This document shows positions 63,134 through 64,000 of a stretch of 64,000 bases of DNA, in pieces (the first letter of the stretch is position 1; every line of letters starts with the position of its first letter). The stretch lies in NCBI GenBank assembly GCA_051294905.1, contig CM119386.1, positions 7,750,001 through 7,814,000 of the forward strand, in the 5' to 3' direction. This stretch comes from Botryllus schlosseri (Eukaryota). Made by a program: the position numbers and the translations under genes. The notes under the pieces are model-generated. The model had not been told where the DNA came from and made no database searches. It saw only the letters and a list, made by a program, of their open reading frames with translations.

Positions 63134-63232
63134 GTCATCACTGTGAACGGAAGTAGATGTTTTTGTTGCAAGTCTGCCGGCGAGCGCGAATCGTGGATCG
63201 AAAAATTGAAACGAATTCTTAATCCGAACTTG
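63134..63232 (+). CDS. DAB2IP/SYNGAP1/RASAL2-like: RasGAP exon, PH domain part 2 (99 nt, phase 0 to 0): VITVNGSRCFCCKSAGERESWIEKLKRILNPNL
   Basis: Acceptor cgcgCAG|, donor TTG|gtgagt. Matches [33 protein letters not shown] of DAB2IP/SynGAP. Confidence 0.96.
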
Positions 63233-63581
63233 GTGAGTATAGTGCTATTGTAACAATTAGTGAGGTGTGTCTCGTATGAACAGGGTCATTGCTATTGTTT
63301 CTGTCATCCGTTTTCAATGTATTTTGTTAATTCACTACCAATTAAAAATAACCCCAAACCTATCCTGGCCTTGCCCCTAAGCCTAACCTTAACCGTAACA
63401 CCAGCTAACCCTGAGTCGCTCTCGTGAATGCCTTGCTATTTCGGTACTTGATGTATTTGTTAGTTCAAACCTTTATTTTTATAATTATTGTAGGCATCCC
63501 CTATCTTTTTGTGGCAGAGGAGGTGCTGTGGTGTCACTGACGTCTTTTCTTTTGATTTTACGTCGTCTTTCGTGCTTTTAG

Positions 63582-63724
63582 GACAAATCCAGGAGAATGG
63601 AATATCAGCTCAGTTTGTGGGTGCAAGAAGCCAAAGGAATCCAAATAAAGAAAAAATACTTTTGCGAGATATGTCTAGACCGGCAGTTGCATGCGAGGAC
63701 AACGTCAAAATTGAAGGAAGATGG
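63582..63724 (+). CDS. DAB2IP/SYNGAP1/RASAL2-like: RasGAP exon, C2 domain part 1 (phase 0 to 2): [47 protein letters not shown]
   Basis: Acceptor gtgcttttAG|, donor GG|gtaaat. Not in the ORF track (no ATG-led ORF of 60 aa in this frame); matches [41 protein letters not shown]. Confidence 0.95.
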
Positions 63725-63782
63725 GTAAATGTCAAACTCATTATTGTTTGGTAAAAATGTTTGCTGACCCAGGTCATTTCAG

Positions 63783-63953
63783 AACTACGTTCTGGGGCGA
63801 GCAGTTCGAGTTCACTTCAATACCTGACGTGGAAAACATCACCATTCATTTGTATAAAGATTCCGATAAGAAGAAAAAGAAAGAGAAGGACTATGTCGGC
63901 CTTATTAATATATCGATCAAATCATTGCGGAACAGACAGACACACGAGAAATG
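63783..63953 (+). CDS. DAB2IP/SYNGAP1/RASAL2-like: RasGAP exon, C2 domain part 2 (phase 2 to 2): [57 protein letters not shown]
   Basis: Acceptor catttcAG|, donor TG|gtatgc. FWGE.FEF, HLY.D.DKKKKK polybasic patch and EKW match the family C2 domain. Preceded by a 58-nt intron. Confidence 0.95.
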
Positions 63954-64000
63954 GTATGCAGGAATGAATGACGTTTTTGGCAACTGTCATTACTTGTGAA

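Larger units (their letters stand above)
20486..64000 (+). other. DAB2IP/SYNGAP1/RASAL2-like: Gene span (5' part, 3'-truncated by window) of a SynGAP/DAB2IP/RASAL2-family RasGAP; 5' boundary tentative
   Basis: Exons 57607-57701, 62425-62590, 63134-63232, 63582-63724 and 63783-63953 join at GT-AG sites in one frame and encode PH+C2 sequence matching this family. The left boundary depends on the candidate first exons. Confidence 0.85.

Overview
Eukaryotic (metazoan) genomic DNA, not prokaryotic; roughly 40% GC by eye, with GT-AG introns. An invertebrate deuterostome such as an ascidian is my best guess (inference from a 58-nt intron, mosaic CpG depletion and a divergent but vertebrate-like exon layout). 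The main feature is the 5' two-thirds of a + strand SynGAP/DAB2IP/RASAL2(nGAP)-family Ras GTPase-activating protein gene. Its PH- and C2-domain exons (57607-63953) splice into one clean reading frame, and the gene runs off the right edge before the GAP domain. About 40 kb upstream of these exons holds up to eight candidate alternative N-terminal exons whose splice phases fit the shared exons; two carry a DSGxxS motif. The rest is intronic or intergenic DNA dense in non-autonomous DNA transposons: about a dozen hAT-type elements (most with matching target-site duplications), one MULE-like MITE, a foldback hairpin, tRNA-derived SINEs and 3' fragments of an L2/CR1-type LINE. A second, unidentified gene may lie at about 11.5-18 kb. 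I found no rRNA, true tRNA or CRISPR array. All homology calls are from recognised motifs, not database searches.
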